Notes: generated from the letters alone by a model not told the origin. Shown: positions 1-9,926, counted from the first letter of the stretch. The stretch: 64,000 nt of DNA from an uncultured delta proteobacterium (GCA_963832165.1 CAWHTE010000001.1:810830-874829), one strand, 5' to 3'. Program-made: numbers and translations.

Positions 1-416
1 GCGTCCTCGACGTCAGCGCCAACGAGCACCGCGTCCACGAGGATGGCGTGGGCGAAGGTCGCGGCCTCCGCGTCAGCACCACTCAGATCGGCGCGGGTGA
101 GATCGGAGCTCGTGAAGTTGGCTTCCTCGAGCTCGCTCGCGACGAGCACCAGGTCGACGAGGGTCGCGTCGATGAGCAGAGCGTTGCGCAGGTTGGTGGC
201 GCCGAAATCGCTTCCCGTGAGATCGGCCTCGGTGAGGTCGATGTGGTGCAGGTCCTCGCCGTGGTGGTCTTCGTGGGAGTGGTTCTCTCCTAAGTGAGAC
301 CCATACGCTGCGAGGGGGGCGGCTGCCGCGGAAGTCGAGACGGCGAGCGCGAGGGGTGCGAGGAGCACGAGGGCGGCGAACGGGCTGCGCCCGGGCCGCG
401 GGGCGAACGGAGACAT
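1..416 (-). CDS. Secreted pentapeptide-repeat protein with His-rich N-terminal segment (runs off the window start)
   Basis: Manual translation, not in the ORF track: MSPFAPRPGRSPFAALVLLAPLALAVSTSAAAA (signal peptide), then SHLGENHSHEDHHGEDLHH, then A(D/N)LxX-type repeats (ADLTG SDFGA TNLRN ALLID ... ANFTS SDLTR ADLSG). Confidence 0.8.
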   Translation of the reverse strand, partial: MSPFAPRPGRSPFAALVLLAPLALAVSTSAAAAPLAAYGSHLGENHSHEDHHGEDLHHIDLTEADLTGSDFGATNLRNALLIDATLVDLVLVASELEEANFTSSDLTRADLSGADAEAATFAHAILVDAVLVGADVED

Positions 417-627
417 GGCATTTACCTTTCCGGTCCGCAGGGCGGGGCTGGGCGGCTTTCGCTCATCCCCGGGGCGGTCACACGAGAGGTTCAGTTGTGC
501 CTTGCCTATCGGTCGGCAGATCGGGGGCTTTAGGCCCCATTTTCTGAATGCCGCTCACGCGCGTGCAACTTCGCGCGCAGTCCGGCGCGTTCGCCTACGA
601 TCGACGCCCCGCAGCCGAGCCCCACCG

Positions 628-1869
628 TTGGCGAACTCCCACTCTTCTACGGCCGAGACCCGCGAACGCCCTCTCGCCGGCGTGCGGATCCTCGCGGTCG
701 AGCAGATGCAGGCGATGCCGTTCGCTACCCAGCTCCTCGCTCACATGGGAGCCGAGGTGGTGAAGGTGGAGCACCCCGTTGACGGCGAGTCGGGGCGCGG
801 CGCGCAGCCGAGCCTGCGCGACGACGATGGGCGAGAGGTGGGCGCCACCTATCTGCGGAACAACCTCGGCAAGAAGAGCATCGGCATCGACCTCAAGCAT
901 CCGCGCGGGGTCGAGCTCGTGCGCCGCCTGGTTCCCCACTACGACGTCGTCGCGGAGAACTTCAAGCCGGGCACGATGGAGCGACTCGGGCTCGGCTACG
1001 ACACGCTCGCAGCCGACCACCCCGCGCTCGTCTACGTCTCGGTGTCGGGCTTCGGGGGCCTCTTGCCGACGCCGTACGGCGCGTGGCCCGCCTACGCCGT
1101 CGTCGCCGAGGCGATGGGCGGCTTCTACTCGTTCCGGCCCGAGCCCGGTCGCCTGCCCAATATCGGCGTGGCGGGCGCGCTCGGCGACATCGGCAGCGCG
1201 CTGTTCGCGGCGATCGGCACGCTCGCGGCGCTCGAGGGCCGCCGCCGCACCGGGCGCGGGCAGCGCGTGGACGTGGCGATGTTCGACGCGATGCTCCCGA
1301 TCATGGACATGGTCCTGTTCAATCCGTCGATCGGGATCCTCGACAACAGCCTCGCGGCCTGGCCGGGCATCTGCACCTCGTTCGCGGCTTCGGACGGCCT
1401 GTTCGTGGTGCAGGTCGGACGCGAACACCAGTTCGAGCGCTTCGCCGCCGCGGTCGGACACCCGGAATGGCTCTCCGATCCGCGCTTCGCGACGCGCGAG
1501 GGCTGGAGCGAGCACCTCGACGGCGTAGTTCGCCCCGCCGTGGAGAAATGGGCGCGCGAGCGCACGAAGCTCGAGGCGTCGCGCGTGCTCGCCGAGCAGG
1601 GGATCGTCGCGGGTCCCAGCTACGACGCCGACGATCTACGCCGCGATCCGCACGTGCGCGCGCACGCGATGGTGCGCGAGGTCGCGCGCCCCGACGGCGG
1701 ATCGCCGCTGCACGTGGCGGGCAACCCGATCAAGCTGTCGGGCAGCGACGAGCCGCTGGGCCAGCGCTGGCCGCGGCTGGGCGAGCACACCGACGAGATC
1801 CTCACGCGCGACCTCGCGCTCGGCGCCGCGGACCGCGCCGCGCTGCGCGAGGCCGGCGTGATCGCCTGA
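628..1869 (+). CDS. CoA-transferase family III (CaiB/BaiF)
   Basis: PLAGVRIL, GAEVVKVEHP, NNLGKKSIGIDLK, DVVAENFKPG, PRLGEHTDEIL motifs; start (TTG 628) approximate. Confidence 0.9.
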   Translation: MANSHSSTAETRERPLAGVRILAVEQMQAMPFATQLLAHMGAEVVKVEHPVDGESGRGAQPSLRDDDGREVGATYLRNNLGKKSIGIDLKHPRGVELVRRLVPHYDVVAENFKPGTMERLGLGYDTLAADHPALVYVSVSGFGGLLPTPYGAWPAYAVVAEAMGGFYSFRPEPGRLPNIGVAGALGDIGSALFAAIGTLAALEGRRRTGRGQRVDVAMFDAMLPIMDMVLFNPSIGILDNSLAAWPGICTSFAASDGLFVVQVGREHQFERFAAAVGHPEWLSDPRFATREGWSEHLDGVVRPAVEKWARERTKLEASRVLAEQGIVAGPSYDADDLRRDPHVRAHAMVREVARPDGGSPLHVAGNPIKLSGSDEPLGQRWPRLGEHTDEILTRDLALGAADRAALREAGVIA

Positions 1870-1903
1870 GAACCCCGAGCGCCCCGAAGAACAGGAGCCC
1901 GCG

Positions 1904-2704
1904 ATGCCCGATGCGATCGTCGAGCGCGACCGACACACGATGGTGATCACGATGAATCGCCCTAAGCGCTACAACGCGCTGTCCGGCGCGATGCTCGTGC
2001 GCATGTACGATGCCTACGAGGAGGCCTCGAAGAGCGACGACGTGCGCTGCATCATCGTCACGGGTGCGGGCGGAAACTTCTGCTCGGGTGCCGATCTCAA
2101 GGCGATGTCCGGCGACGGCGGCAACGAGGATCCCGAGATCGACGTGCAGGCGCGGCTCAAGGACGATCCCGACCTCGTCTACAAGGCCCTGTTCCGCCAC
2201 TACCGCCCGACGAAGCCGATCATCGCGGCCGTCGAGGGCGTGGCGATCGCGGGCGGCACCGAGATCCTGCAGGCGATGGAGATCCGCGTCGCGGGCGAGA
2301 GCGCGCGCTTCGGGGTGTCCGAGGCGCGCTGGTCGCTCTATCCGATGGGCGGCTCGGCGGTGCGCCTGCCGCGCCAGATCCCCTACACGCAGGCGGCGGA
2401 GATCCTGCTCACGGGCAAGCACATCCACGCGCCCGAGGCGAAGGCGATCGGCCTGATCGGACACGTGGTGCCCGACGGCCAGGCACTCGTGAAGGCACGC
2501 GAGATCGCCGACGTGATCTGCGCGAACGGCCCGCTCGCGGTCGAGGCGATCACGCGCACGCTGCACGAATGCGACGGCATGGAGCTCGACCAGGCACTGC
2601 GCCACGAATGGGGCTACGGCCAGGCCGTGTTCGCGAGCGAGGACTCGAAAGAGGGGCCGCTCGCATTCGCGCAGAAACGCACACCGCAGTTCAAGAGGCG
2701 TTAG
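1904..2704 (+). CDS. Enoyl-CoA hydratase/isomerase (crotonase, EchA19-like)
   Basis: NRPKRYNAL, FCSGADLK, IAAVEGVAIAGGTE, FGVSE, EGPLAFAQKRTPQF. Confidence 0.92.
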   Translation: MPDAIVERDRHTMVITMNRPKRYNALSGAMLVRMYDAYEEASKSDDVRCIIVTGAGGNFCSGADLKAMSGDGGNEDPEIDVQARLKDDPDLVYKALFRHYRPTKPIIAAVEGVAIAGGTEILQAMEIRVAGESARFGVSEARWSLYPMGGSAVRLPRQIPYTQAAEILLTGKHIHAPEAKAIGLIGHVVPDGQALVKAREIADVICANGPLAVEAITRTLHECDGMELDQALRHEWGYGQAVFASEDSKEGPLAFAQKRTPQFKRR

Positions 2705-2708
2705 CTCG

Positions 2709-3686
2709 ATGCGCGCGTGGCAGGTGACTGGCGCGGGCGAGCCGCGCGCGGCGCTCGCGCTCGCGGAAGTCGAGCTGGGCCCGCCGCCGCCCGGGATGTT
2801 GCGCGTGCGCGTCGAGGCGTGCGCGCTCGGTCTCCCCGACCTCTTCATGTGTCGCGGCAGCTACGCGCTCACACCGAAGACGCCGTTCACGCCGGGTCAG
2901 GAGCTCGCGGGAGTGGTGCTCGAGGCGGGGCCGGGTGCGCAGGCGCAGGTCGGTGCGCGCGTGATGGCGGTCTCGGCGTTCTTCCTCGGGCATGGTGGCT
3001 TCGCCGAGGAGGCGTGGGTGCTCGACGAGTTCTGCTTTCCCGTGCCCGACGACATGGCCGTCGACGAGGCCGCTGCGTTCCTGATCCCCTACCACACGGC
3101 GTGGGTGGGCCTCGTGCGGCGCGGCGCGCTGCGCGCGGGCGAGACGCTGCTCGTGCTCGGCGGTGCGGGGGGCACGGGCTCGGCGGCGATCCAGCTCGGC
3201 CATGCGATCGGTGCGCGCGTGCTCGCGACCGCTCGCGGCGGCGAGCGTCAGGCATTCTGCCGCGCGCTCGGCGCCGAGTTCGCGTTCGATCCCGGCGAGG
3301 GCCTCGCCGAGGCGGTGCGCGAGGCCACGGCGGGGCAGGGCGCCCACGTCGTGTACGACACGGTCGGCGGCGACGCGTTCGAGGCGGCCACGCGCTGCAT
3401 TGCGCACGAGGGACGCCTGCTCTTGATCGGCTTTGCGAGCGGGCGCTGGGGTCGACCCGATCCCGCGCAGATCGTGACGCGCAACTACTCGATCGTCGGC
3501 GTGATCCCGAGCGGCTACGGGCGCGAGGTCAAGTGCGCCGCGCAGGCCGAGCTGCTCGCGCATCGCGCGCGCGGTGCGCTGCGCGTCCCGCTCGATCCGC
3601 CCGTGCCGTTCGAAAAGCTTCCGGACGCGCTCGAGCGGCTCGCGCGGCGCGAGGTGCTCGGCAAGCTCGTGCTGAGGGTCCGCTGA
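2709..3686 (+). CDS. NADPH:quinone oxidoreductase (MDR family)
   Basis: PFTPGQELAG, GGAGGTGSAAIQ nucleotide-binding loop, IGFASG, GKLVL. Confidence 0.88.
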   Translation: MRAWQVTGAGEPRAALALAEVELGPPPPGMLRVRVEACALGLPDLFMCRGSYALTPKTPFTPGQELAGVVLEAGPGAQAQVGARVMAVSAFFLGHGGFAEEAWVLDEFCFPVPDDMAVDEAAAFLIPYHTAWVGLVRRGALRAGETLLVLGGAGGTGSAAIQLGHAIGARVLATARGGERQAFCRALGAEFAFDPGEGLAEAVREATAGQGAHVVYDTVGGDAFEAATRCIAHEGRLLLIGFASGRWGRPDPAQIVTRNYSIVGVIPSGYGREVKCAAQAELLAHRARGALRVPLDPPVPFEKLPDALERLARREVLGKLVLRVR

Positions 3687-4862
3687 TGGCGGAGGCGTCG
3701 CTCGAGCTCGCGGCGGTGCTCGCAGAGGCCGAGCGGCGCACGGGGCTGCACGACTTCGGCGATCCGGCGTTCCGGGATCCGCTCGAGCGGCTGCTGCGTT
3801 CGCTGCGCGAGGAAGCGCGCCTGAACGCGGTCGGCCGCGCGATGCAGTTCGAGCGCAACGTCGGGCTGCTCGTGAATCGGCTGCGCACCGAGGACCACTA
3901 CCGGCGCCATCCCGAGATCGCGCAGGAGCGCATCGAGCGGCCGCTCGTGATCGTGGGGCTCGCGCGCACGGGCACCACGATGCTGCACCGGATGATGGCG
4001 AGCGATCCGCGCTGGCTCGCGCTGCTCTGGTACGAATCGCGCAATCCGGCGCCGTTCCCGGGCGGCGAAGACGCCGCAGTCGATCCGCGCATCACCGACG
4101 CCGAGGCCGAGGTGGCCGCGATGCTCGAGGGATCTCCGGATCTCATTGCCGTGCACCCGATGGACGCGCACGCGCCCGACGAGGAGATCATGCTCGTCGA
4201 GCACGCGTTCACGAGCTGGAATCCCGAGGCGTTCTGCCGCGTGCCGAGCTATCGCGCAGTACTCGAGGCGATCGGATCTCGGCGCCGGGCTATCGCTACC
4301 TCGTGCGGCTCCTGCAGTTTCCTGCAGTGGCAGAAGCGCCGGCGCGGCGAGACCGCGGCGCGCTGGGTGTTCAAGGCGCCGTATCACCTCGGCTCGCTCG
4401 ACGCGCTGTTCGCGGTGCTGCCCGACGCGCGAGTCGTCGATGACGCACCGCGATCCGGTCCAGACCGTGCCCTCGTTCGCGAGCATGATCCGCGCGCTCT
4501 ACGTGCTCGGCAGCGACTCGGTCGATCCCCTCGAGATCGCCGCGCATTGGGGCCGGAAGTGGGCGCGTGCGCTCGAGCGCGCAATCGCCGCGCGCGCCTC
4601 GCGCGAGGACCGCTTCCTCGACATCCATTACGGGGATCTCGTCGCTGACCCGATGGCGCAGGTGCGCCGCATCTACGCGCACGCGGACCTCGAGCTCACT
4701 CCCGAAGCGGAGGCGCAGATGCGCCGGTGGGCGGTCGAGAACGAGCGCGACCGCCGCCCCGTGCACGCGTACACGCTCGAGGAGTTCGGTTACACCGAAG
4801 GCGCGCTGCGCGACTCGTTCCGCGCCTATTGCGAGCGCTTCCTCGGCGGTCGGCTCACCTAG
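3686..4862 (+). pseudogene. Sulfotransferase family protein interrupted by about 4 single-base insertions (probable consensus errors, or a pseudogene)
   Basis: PAPS loop GLARTGTTMLH; the conserved segments YRYLVRLLQF, LQWQK..RWVFKAPYHL and MTHRDP lie in three different frames; apparent extra bases near 4253, 4281, 4320 and 4439. Confidence 0.8.
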
Positions 4863-5866
4863 CGCAGGATCAGATCCGCGACGGTGCGCGCCGTGAGGGC
4901 GTGCCCCTCGACGTTCGGGTGCCCGCGGTCGCGCACGACGTAGAGATCGCGGCCCGTCGCGTCGAAGTCCGCCGTGAACAGATCGTAGATCGAGAGCGTT
5001 TCGACGCCTTCCGAACGCAGCACGGCTTCGATGTGCGCCACGACTTCGCTGCGCGTGTGCTGCACGATCGCACTCTGGCCCACGTACACGATCACGATCA
5101 GCCGAGCGCCGAGCTCGTGTGCGACGCGGCGGATCTCGCGCACGACGGGAAGGTTGCGTTCGAGCGACGCGAGCGGCGGATCGACCAGCAGCCTCTGCTC
5201 GGACAGCCGCGCGCGCGCGCGCCGGATCTTCGCGAGCACGCTCACGAGCCGAACGAGGTAGCTCCGGTCCCAGAAGTCGTCCGCAGCCAGGCGCTCTCGC
5301 AGGAGCTCCACGTCGCGCTCGCGCTCGACGAGGTAGCCGTGCATCACGCGCGTGGTCGGAGCGGGCTCTCCGAGATCGTTCTCGAGCCATCCGAGCGTGA
5401 CCACGGTCGGACGCAGCGCCGGACCGAACCGCCGGAGCGTGCTGAGCTCCTGCGCCGTGTTGTAGCCGAACACGCCCGCATTCCAGACCACCGCGGCGTG
5501 GCCGTGCTGACCGAGCTCGCGCTCGAGCTGGACCGGAAACGTTTCGGCATCGGCGACGCCGTGGCCGAACGTGTTCGAGTCTCCGAGCGCGAGCACGCGC
5601 AGCGGCGGCCCCGCGCCCGCGGCCACCTCCGCGCCGCGAAAGCCGAGCGAGTTGGTCGCCACGGCGTGGTCTTCGAAGAAGGAGTGGTACACGCCGCGAT
5701 AGTTCGGAGAGTTCGACCAGACGCGCTCCGTGTCTTCGGCGTAGATCCCGGGCTCGAAGTCGCGATAGGTATTGAGCACGGGATGGCGCCAGCGCACGAC
5801 GAGCTCGCCGAGCGCGAGGCTCAGCAGCAGCGACGCGCCGACGAGCAGGGCTAGAGCTGCGCGAAT
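4859..5866 (-). CDS. Membrane-anchored SGNH/GDSL hydrolase
   Basis: TNSLGFRG, LALGDSNTFG, NAGVFGY, LEND, RGHPN blocks; N-terminal TM segment; start codon unclear (no ATG near the TM segment). Confidence 0.8.
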   Translation of the reverse strand: MRAALALLVGASLLLSLALGELVVRWRHPVLNTYRDFEPGIYAEDTERVWSNSPNYRGVYHSFFEDHAVATNSLGFRGAEVAAGAGPPLRVLALGDSNTFGHGVADAETFPVQLERELGQHGHAAVVWNAGVFGYNTAQELSTLRRFGPALRPTVVTLGWLENDLGEPAPTTRVMHGYLVERERDVELLRERLAADDFWDRSYLVRLVSVLAKIRRARARLSEQRLLVDPPLASLERNLPVVREIRRVAHELGARLIVIVYVGQSAIVQHTRSEVVAHIEAVLRSEGVETLSIYDLFTADFDATGRDLYVVRDRGHPNVEGHALTARTVADLILR

Positions 5867-6948
5867 TTCACCACCCGCGTCGCGATCGGCGGATGCTCGT
5901 CCGCTCCGATCCAGCGGAACAGCATGCCGCCACAGCTGTGGCCCGCGGTCTCGAGCCAGTTCGAGAAGCGCGGGCCGGGATCGCGGTGCGCCACGACGAT
6001 CCGCAGCGACGCGTCGGGCTCGAGCCGGGCCGTGTGGGGGTTCAGATGGATGCGATGACGGCGGTAGTCGAGCGACTCCATCCAGAAGTTGCTGAGCTGA
6101 AAGTTCCACGATCCGCTCCGCGGCAGGTGATCGATCTCGATCACGAGCGCTTCGTCGCGGCCGAGCTCCCAGCGGCTCTGGCAGTAGTGGATGTTGGCGT
6201 CGCCTCCCGCGCGCTGGCAGCGCTCCTGGTCGTCGGACGGAAGCGCGTTCGGATGCGCGGCATAGCGCGCCATCCAGTCGACGAACAGGTTCGCCGTACC
6301 CGACACGAACGCGATGGCGCGCTGGAGGCGCTGCTCGAGGACCTCCGGGTCGAGCGCGTCGTTCTCCGCGGGTCCGACCCTCTCGATCGAGAGCTGTGCG
6401 GGGCGCTGCGCCGAGCGGTCGCTGAACGTCTCGCGCACGATCAGCTGCGTGGTGTTCGGCTGCATCGGCAACCAATTGCCCTTCTCGGGCTCGCTGCTCG
6501 CGGTGATCTCGAAGCCGCCGTCGGGTCCGAGGTCGAGGTCGTCGCCGTCGAGCTGTCCGGTCGGCAGCATCGTGCCGTCGCTCTCGTAGCCGCCGCCTTT
6601 GGTGCCGAACGAGAGGTACGGCGCGTCTCCGCGCGTGCCGCGGATCCGGTAGCGGTAGCGCCCGGAGATGTTTGCGTTGCGGTAGACGTTGTCCGGGTTG
6701 TCGTTGCCGATCTTGACCGTCTCGTGCGAGAGCTGGAAGAAGCCCGGGAAGCGCGGGTCGGCAAACTCGAGCTGGCCCTCGAGGCCCGCGCGCAGGAGGC
6801 GCGTGAGGTAGCGGTAGCCCTCCGCGCGGTCGAACGCCGTGGTCGGCGTCTCCGCGCGCAGCACGACCTCACCCGCGCGCTGGAGCGCGCGGCAGAAATC
6901 GCGCCAGACGCTGCCGTCGGCGAGGCGTCGCTCGGATTCCGTCGTCAT
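5851..6948 (-). CDS. DUF1214 domain protein (Rv3531c-like)
   Basis: RAEGYRYLTRL, KIGNDNPDNVY, YRIRGTRG, WNFQLSNFWMESLDYR, VVAHRDPG..NWLETAGH..G.MLFRW. Confidence 0.85.
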   Translation of the reverse strand: MTTESERRLADGSVWRDFCRALQRAGEVVLRAETPTTAFDRAEGYRYLTRLLRAGLEGQLEFADPRFPGFFQLSHETVKIGNDNPDNVYRNANISGRYRYRIRGTRGDAPYLSFGTKGGGYESDGTMLPTGQLDGDDLDLGPDGGFEITASSEPEKGNWLPMQPNTTQLIVRETFSDRSAQRPAQLSIERVGPAENDALDPEVLEQRLQRAIAFVSGTANLFVDWMARYAAHPNALPSDDQERCQRAGGDANIHYCQSRWELGRDEALVIEIDHLPRSGSWNFQLSNFWMESLDYRRHRIHLNPHTARLEPDASLRIVVAHRDPGPRFSNWLETAGHSCGGMLFRWIGADEHPPIATRVVKFAQL

Positions 6949-6959
6949 GGCCCCCCTCC

Positions 6960-7451
6960 TCAGTCCGCCTGGCCGAGCTTCGCGCTGAGCTGCTCGATCC
7001 GATCGCGGAGGTGGGGCAGGCGCGGGTAGATGTGCAGCAGGCGCTCGAGCGCCTCGAGCGCTTCGAACGGCCGTCCCTGCGCCTCGCGGATCATCGCGAG
7101 GCCCGAGAGCGCGCCGAAGTGGCGCGGCTCGAGTGCGAGCGTGCGGTCGATGTCGGCCACCGATCGTTCGAGTGCGCCGTGCAGCCAGTGCAGCGTGGCG
7201 CGCTTGTTCCAGCCCTCGGCGAAGCCGGGCGCGAGCTCGACCACGCGGTCGAACGCCAGCAGCGCCGCCGTGAAATCGCGCGCCGCCATCGCCGCGAGCC
7301 CGCGCTGCAGCCACGGCGCCGCGGCTTCGTCGTCGGTCGCGAGCCATGCGGACCAGATCTCTCGCTCGATCTCGCCCGCCTCGTGCGCCGACGCAGCCGT
7401 GGCGAGCCGCGCGAACAGCCCGCCGAGCCGCTGCTGGCGCGGTTCCATCAC
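6960..7451 (-). CDS. Tetratricopeptide repeat protein
   Basis: PGFAEGWNKRAT, LALEPRHFGALSGL TPR pattern. Confidence 0.8.
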   Translation of the reverse strand: MMEPRQQRLGGLFARLATAASAHEAGEIEREIWSAWLATDDEAAAPWLQRGLAAMAARDFTAALLAFDRVVELAPGFAEGWNKRATLHWLHGALERSVADIDRTLALEPRHFGALSGLAMIREAQGRPFEALEALERLLHIYPRLPHLRDRIEQLSAKLGQAD

Positions 7452-7454
7452 GGC

Positions 7455-8621
7455 TCACGCCGGATGCGGCGTGAAACGCACGGGCACCTGCTTGTGCGCG
7501 CGCGCCCAGATCGACGTCTTCCAGCCCGGATCGCCCGTGAGCTCGTACTCGGGCACGCGCGCGAGCAGCTCCTCGAACGCCACGCGCGCTTCGAGCCGCG
7601 CGAGCCGCGCGCCTAGACAGAAGTGGGTGCCGTGACCGAAGCCGAGGTGGCGCGGCGCGGATCGCGTGACGTCGAACGCCTCGGCGTTCGGGAACTCGCG
7701 CTCGTCGCGGTTCGCGGCGGCCCACACGAGGCGAACCATCGCACCCTTGGGAATCGTGCGTCCGTGCAGCGCCACGTCGGCGAGCATGCGCCGCGGCAGC
7801 GCCTGGGCGGGCGCCTCGCAGCGCACCATCTCCTCGATCGCGTTGGGAATCGCGGCTGGATCGCGCGCGAGCAGCGCGCGCTGCTCGGGGTGCTCCGCGA
7901 GCAGCACGGCACCATTCGCGATCAGGTTGGTGGTCGTGTCGTTGCCTGCGACGATCAGCGTGAAGCAGAAGCCGAGCAGCTCCTGCTCGGACAGATGCTC
8001 GCCATCGATCTCGGCGTCGATCAGCGCACTCATGAGGTCTTCGCGGCGCGCGACGCGCCGGTCGGCGAGCAGCTTCGAGAACTCGGCGTAGATGTTGGTC
8101 GCGGGCTGGATGACCTCGTGCGCCTTGCCGACCTCGGTCTCGACCAGCGCCTCGGTCCAGTCGAGGAACGCCTCGCGGCGGTCCTCGGGCACGCCGATCA
8201 TGTCGCCGATCACGAGGCTCGGCAGATGGCGCGAGAACTCGGCCATCAGGTCGGCCTCGCCGCGCGACGCGAAGCGATCGATCAGGCTTCTGGCGATCGC
8301 GCGGATGCGCGGCTCCATCGCGTCGGCGCGGCGGCCCGTGAACGCGCGCGAGACGAGATTGCGCAGCGCGTCGTGGCGCGGCGGATCGAGCGATTGAATG
8401 TGCGGCAACAGCCCCACGGAGATGTCGGTGTTCTCGGACGAGAGGCGGGCGGTATCGGCTGCGGCGTCGCGCACGTCGGCATAGCGCGAGAGCGCCCAGA
8501 TGCCCGTTGCCGGGTTCTCGTAGACGGGGTGCTCGTCGCGCAGCACGCGGTAGATCTCGTGAGCGTTGGCCTGGAAGTCGGGACGCGCGGGGTCGTAGAC
8601 GAAGACCTGGCTCGGGGGCAT
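7455..8621 (-). CDS. Cytochrome P450
   Basis: AGNDTT I-helix, EEMVR (ExxR), heme motif FGHGTHFCLG. Confidence 0.95.
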   Translation of the reverse strand: MPPSQVFVYDPARPDFQANAHEIYRVLRDEHPVYENPATGIWALSRYADVRDAAADTARLSSENTDISVGLLPHIQSLDPPRHDALRNLVSRAFTGRRADAMEPRIRAIARSLIDRFASRGEADLMAEFSRHLPSLVIGDMIGVPEDRREAFLDWTEALVETEVGKAHEVIQPATNIYAEFSKLLADRRVARREDLMSALIDAEIDGEHLSEQELLGFCFTLIVAGNDTTTNLIANGAVLLAEHPEQRALLARDPAAIPNAIEEMVRCEAPAQALPRRMLADVALHGRTIPKGAMVRLVWAAANRDEREFPNAEAFDVTRSAPRHLGFGHGTHFCLGARLARLEARVAFEELLARVPEYELTGDPGWKTSIWARAHKQVPVRFTPHPA

Positions 8622-8629
8622 GGAGCGCC

Positions 8630-8639
8630 AGTATATACT
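8630..8639. promoter_or_regulatory. Palindromic AGTATATACT giving overlapping -10 elements (TATACT) for the divergent P450 and amidohydrolase genes
   Basis: Perfect 10-bp palindrome in a 41-bp divergent intergenic gap; TATACT reads on both strands. Confidence 0.55.
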
Positions 8640-8662
8640 CGCGATCCGAGGAGGAACCTCCC

Positions 8663-9880
8663 ATGACCCGCGTCGTGAAGCTCGGCATCCGGCGTCCCGC
8701 CACCCGGCCGCTCCTGCCCGATCCGGATCCGCGGCCCGTCAAGTACACCTTCATTTCCGTCGACGACCACCTGATGGAGCCGCCTCACGCGTTCGAGGGG
8801 CGGATGCCGCAGCGCTTCGCAGATCGCGCACCGCGCGTGGTCGAGACCGAGGAAGGCCATCAGGTCTGGCAGATCGAGGGCACGCCGTACTTCCAGGTCG
8901 GCTTCATGTGCGTGGCGGGGCGGCCGCGCGAGGATCACCGCGTCGAGCCCGCGCGCTTCGACGAGGTGCGGCGCGGCTGCTGGGACATCGACGCGCGGAT
9001 CAAGGACATGGACATCGGCGGCATCTACGCGTCGGTGAACTTCCCGTCCGGCGTCACGGGCTTCGGCGGCACGCTGTTCTCGGAGCTCGAGGATCGCGAG
9101 TTCGGCCTCGCGTGCATGCGCGCGTGGAACGACTGGCTGTTCGAGGAGTGGTACACGCCCTATCCCGATCGGATCATTCCGCTCGGCCTCACCTATCTGA
9201 CGGATCCCGAAAAGGGCGCCCAGGAGATCCGGCGCAACGCGGCGCGCGGATTTCGCGCCGTGACGATGCCCGAGCAGCCGCACCGACAGGGGCTGCCCGC
9301 GGTGTTCGACGCCTACTGGGAGCCGATCATCCGCGCCTGCGCCGAGACGCAGACCGTGCTGAACCTGCACAACGGCTCGTCGGGCTTCGCGCAGATGCCG
9401 GCCGGCGCGCCGATGCTCGAGCTCGGCGCGACGATGTTCGGCCCGATGGCGATCACGTCGTGTGCCGAGTGGCTCTGGAGCGGCTGGCCCGCGAAGTATC
9501 CGGAGCTGCGCATCGCGATGAGCGAGGGCGGAATCGGCTGGGTGGCGATGCTGATCGATCGCCTCGACAACATCATGAGCCGCTCGGGCTACGGCTCGGG
9601 CTGGCCCGACAAGCAGAACTCACCCACCGACGTGCTGCGCCGCAACTTCTGGTTCTGCATGATCGAGGACGCCTCGACGATCTGCACGCGCCACACGATC
9701 GGCGTCGACAACATCCTGTTCGAGAGCGACTACCCGCACGGCGACGGCACCTGGCCCGACACGCAGAAGGTGATCGACGAGGTGCTCGGCTCGTTGCCCG
9801 TCGAGGAGATCCGCAAGATCACCCACGAGAACGCCGCGCACGTGTACCGCCACCCGCTGCCGAAGGTGTGCATTCCGTAG
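8663..9880 (+). CDS. Amidohydrolase family 2 protein
   Basis: ISVDDHLMEP, AWNDW, EGGIGW, ILFESDYPHGD; GAGGAGG SD upstream. Confidence 0.9.
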   Translation: MTRVVKLGIRRPATRPLLPDPDPRPVKYTFISVDDHLMEPPHAFEGRMPQRFADRAPRVVETEEGHQVWQIEGTPYFQVGFMCVAGRPREDHRVEPARFDEVRRGCWDIDARIKDMDIGGIYASVNFPSGVTGFGGTLFSELEDREFGLACMRAWNDWLFEEWYTPYPDRIIPLGLTYLTDPEKGAQEIRRNAARGFRAVTMPEQPHRQGLPAVFDAYWEPIIRACAETQTVLNLHNGSSGFAQMPAGAPMLELGATMFGPMAITSCAEWLWSGWPAKYPELRIAMSEGGIGWVAMLIDRLDNIMSRSGYGSGWPDKQNSPTDVLRRNFWFCMIEDASTICTRHTIGVDNILFESDYPHGDGTWPDTQKVIDEVLGSLPVEEIRKITHENAAHVYRHPLPKVCIP

Positions 9881-9898
9881 CGCGAGGCCCGAAAACGA

Positions 9899-9926
9899 CT
9901 CGGGCGTCGCCGAAGCGACGCCCGAG
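9899..9926. terminator. Bidirectional intrinsic terminator
   Basis: 12-bp stem CTCGGGCGTCGC / GCGACGCCCGAG with CGAA loop, flanked by GAAAAC and TTTCTT, between convergent genes. Confidence 0.75.
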
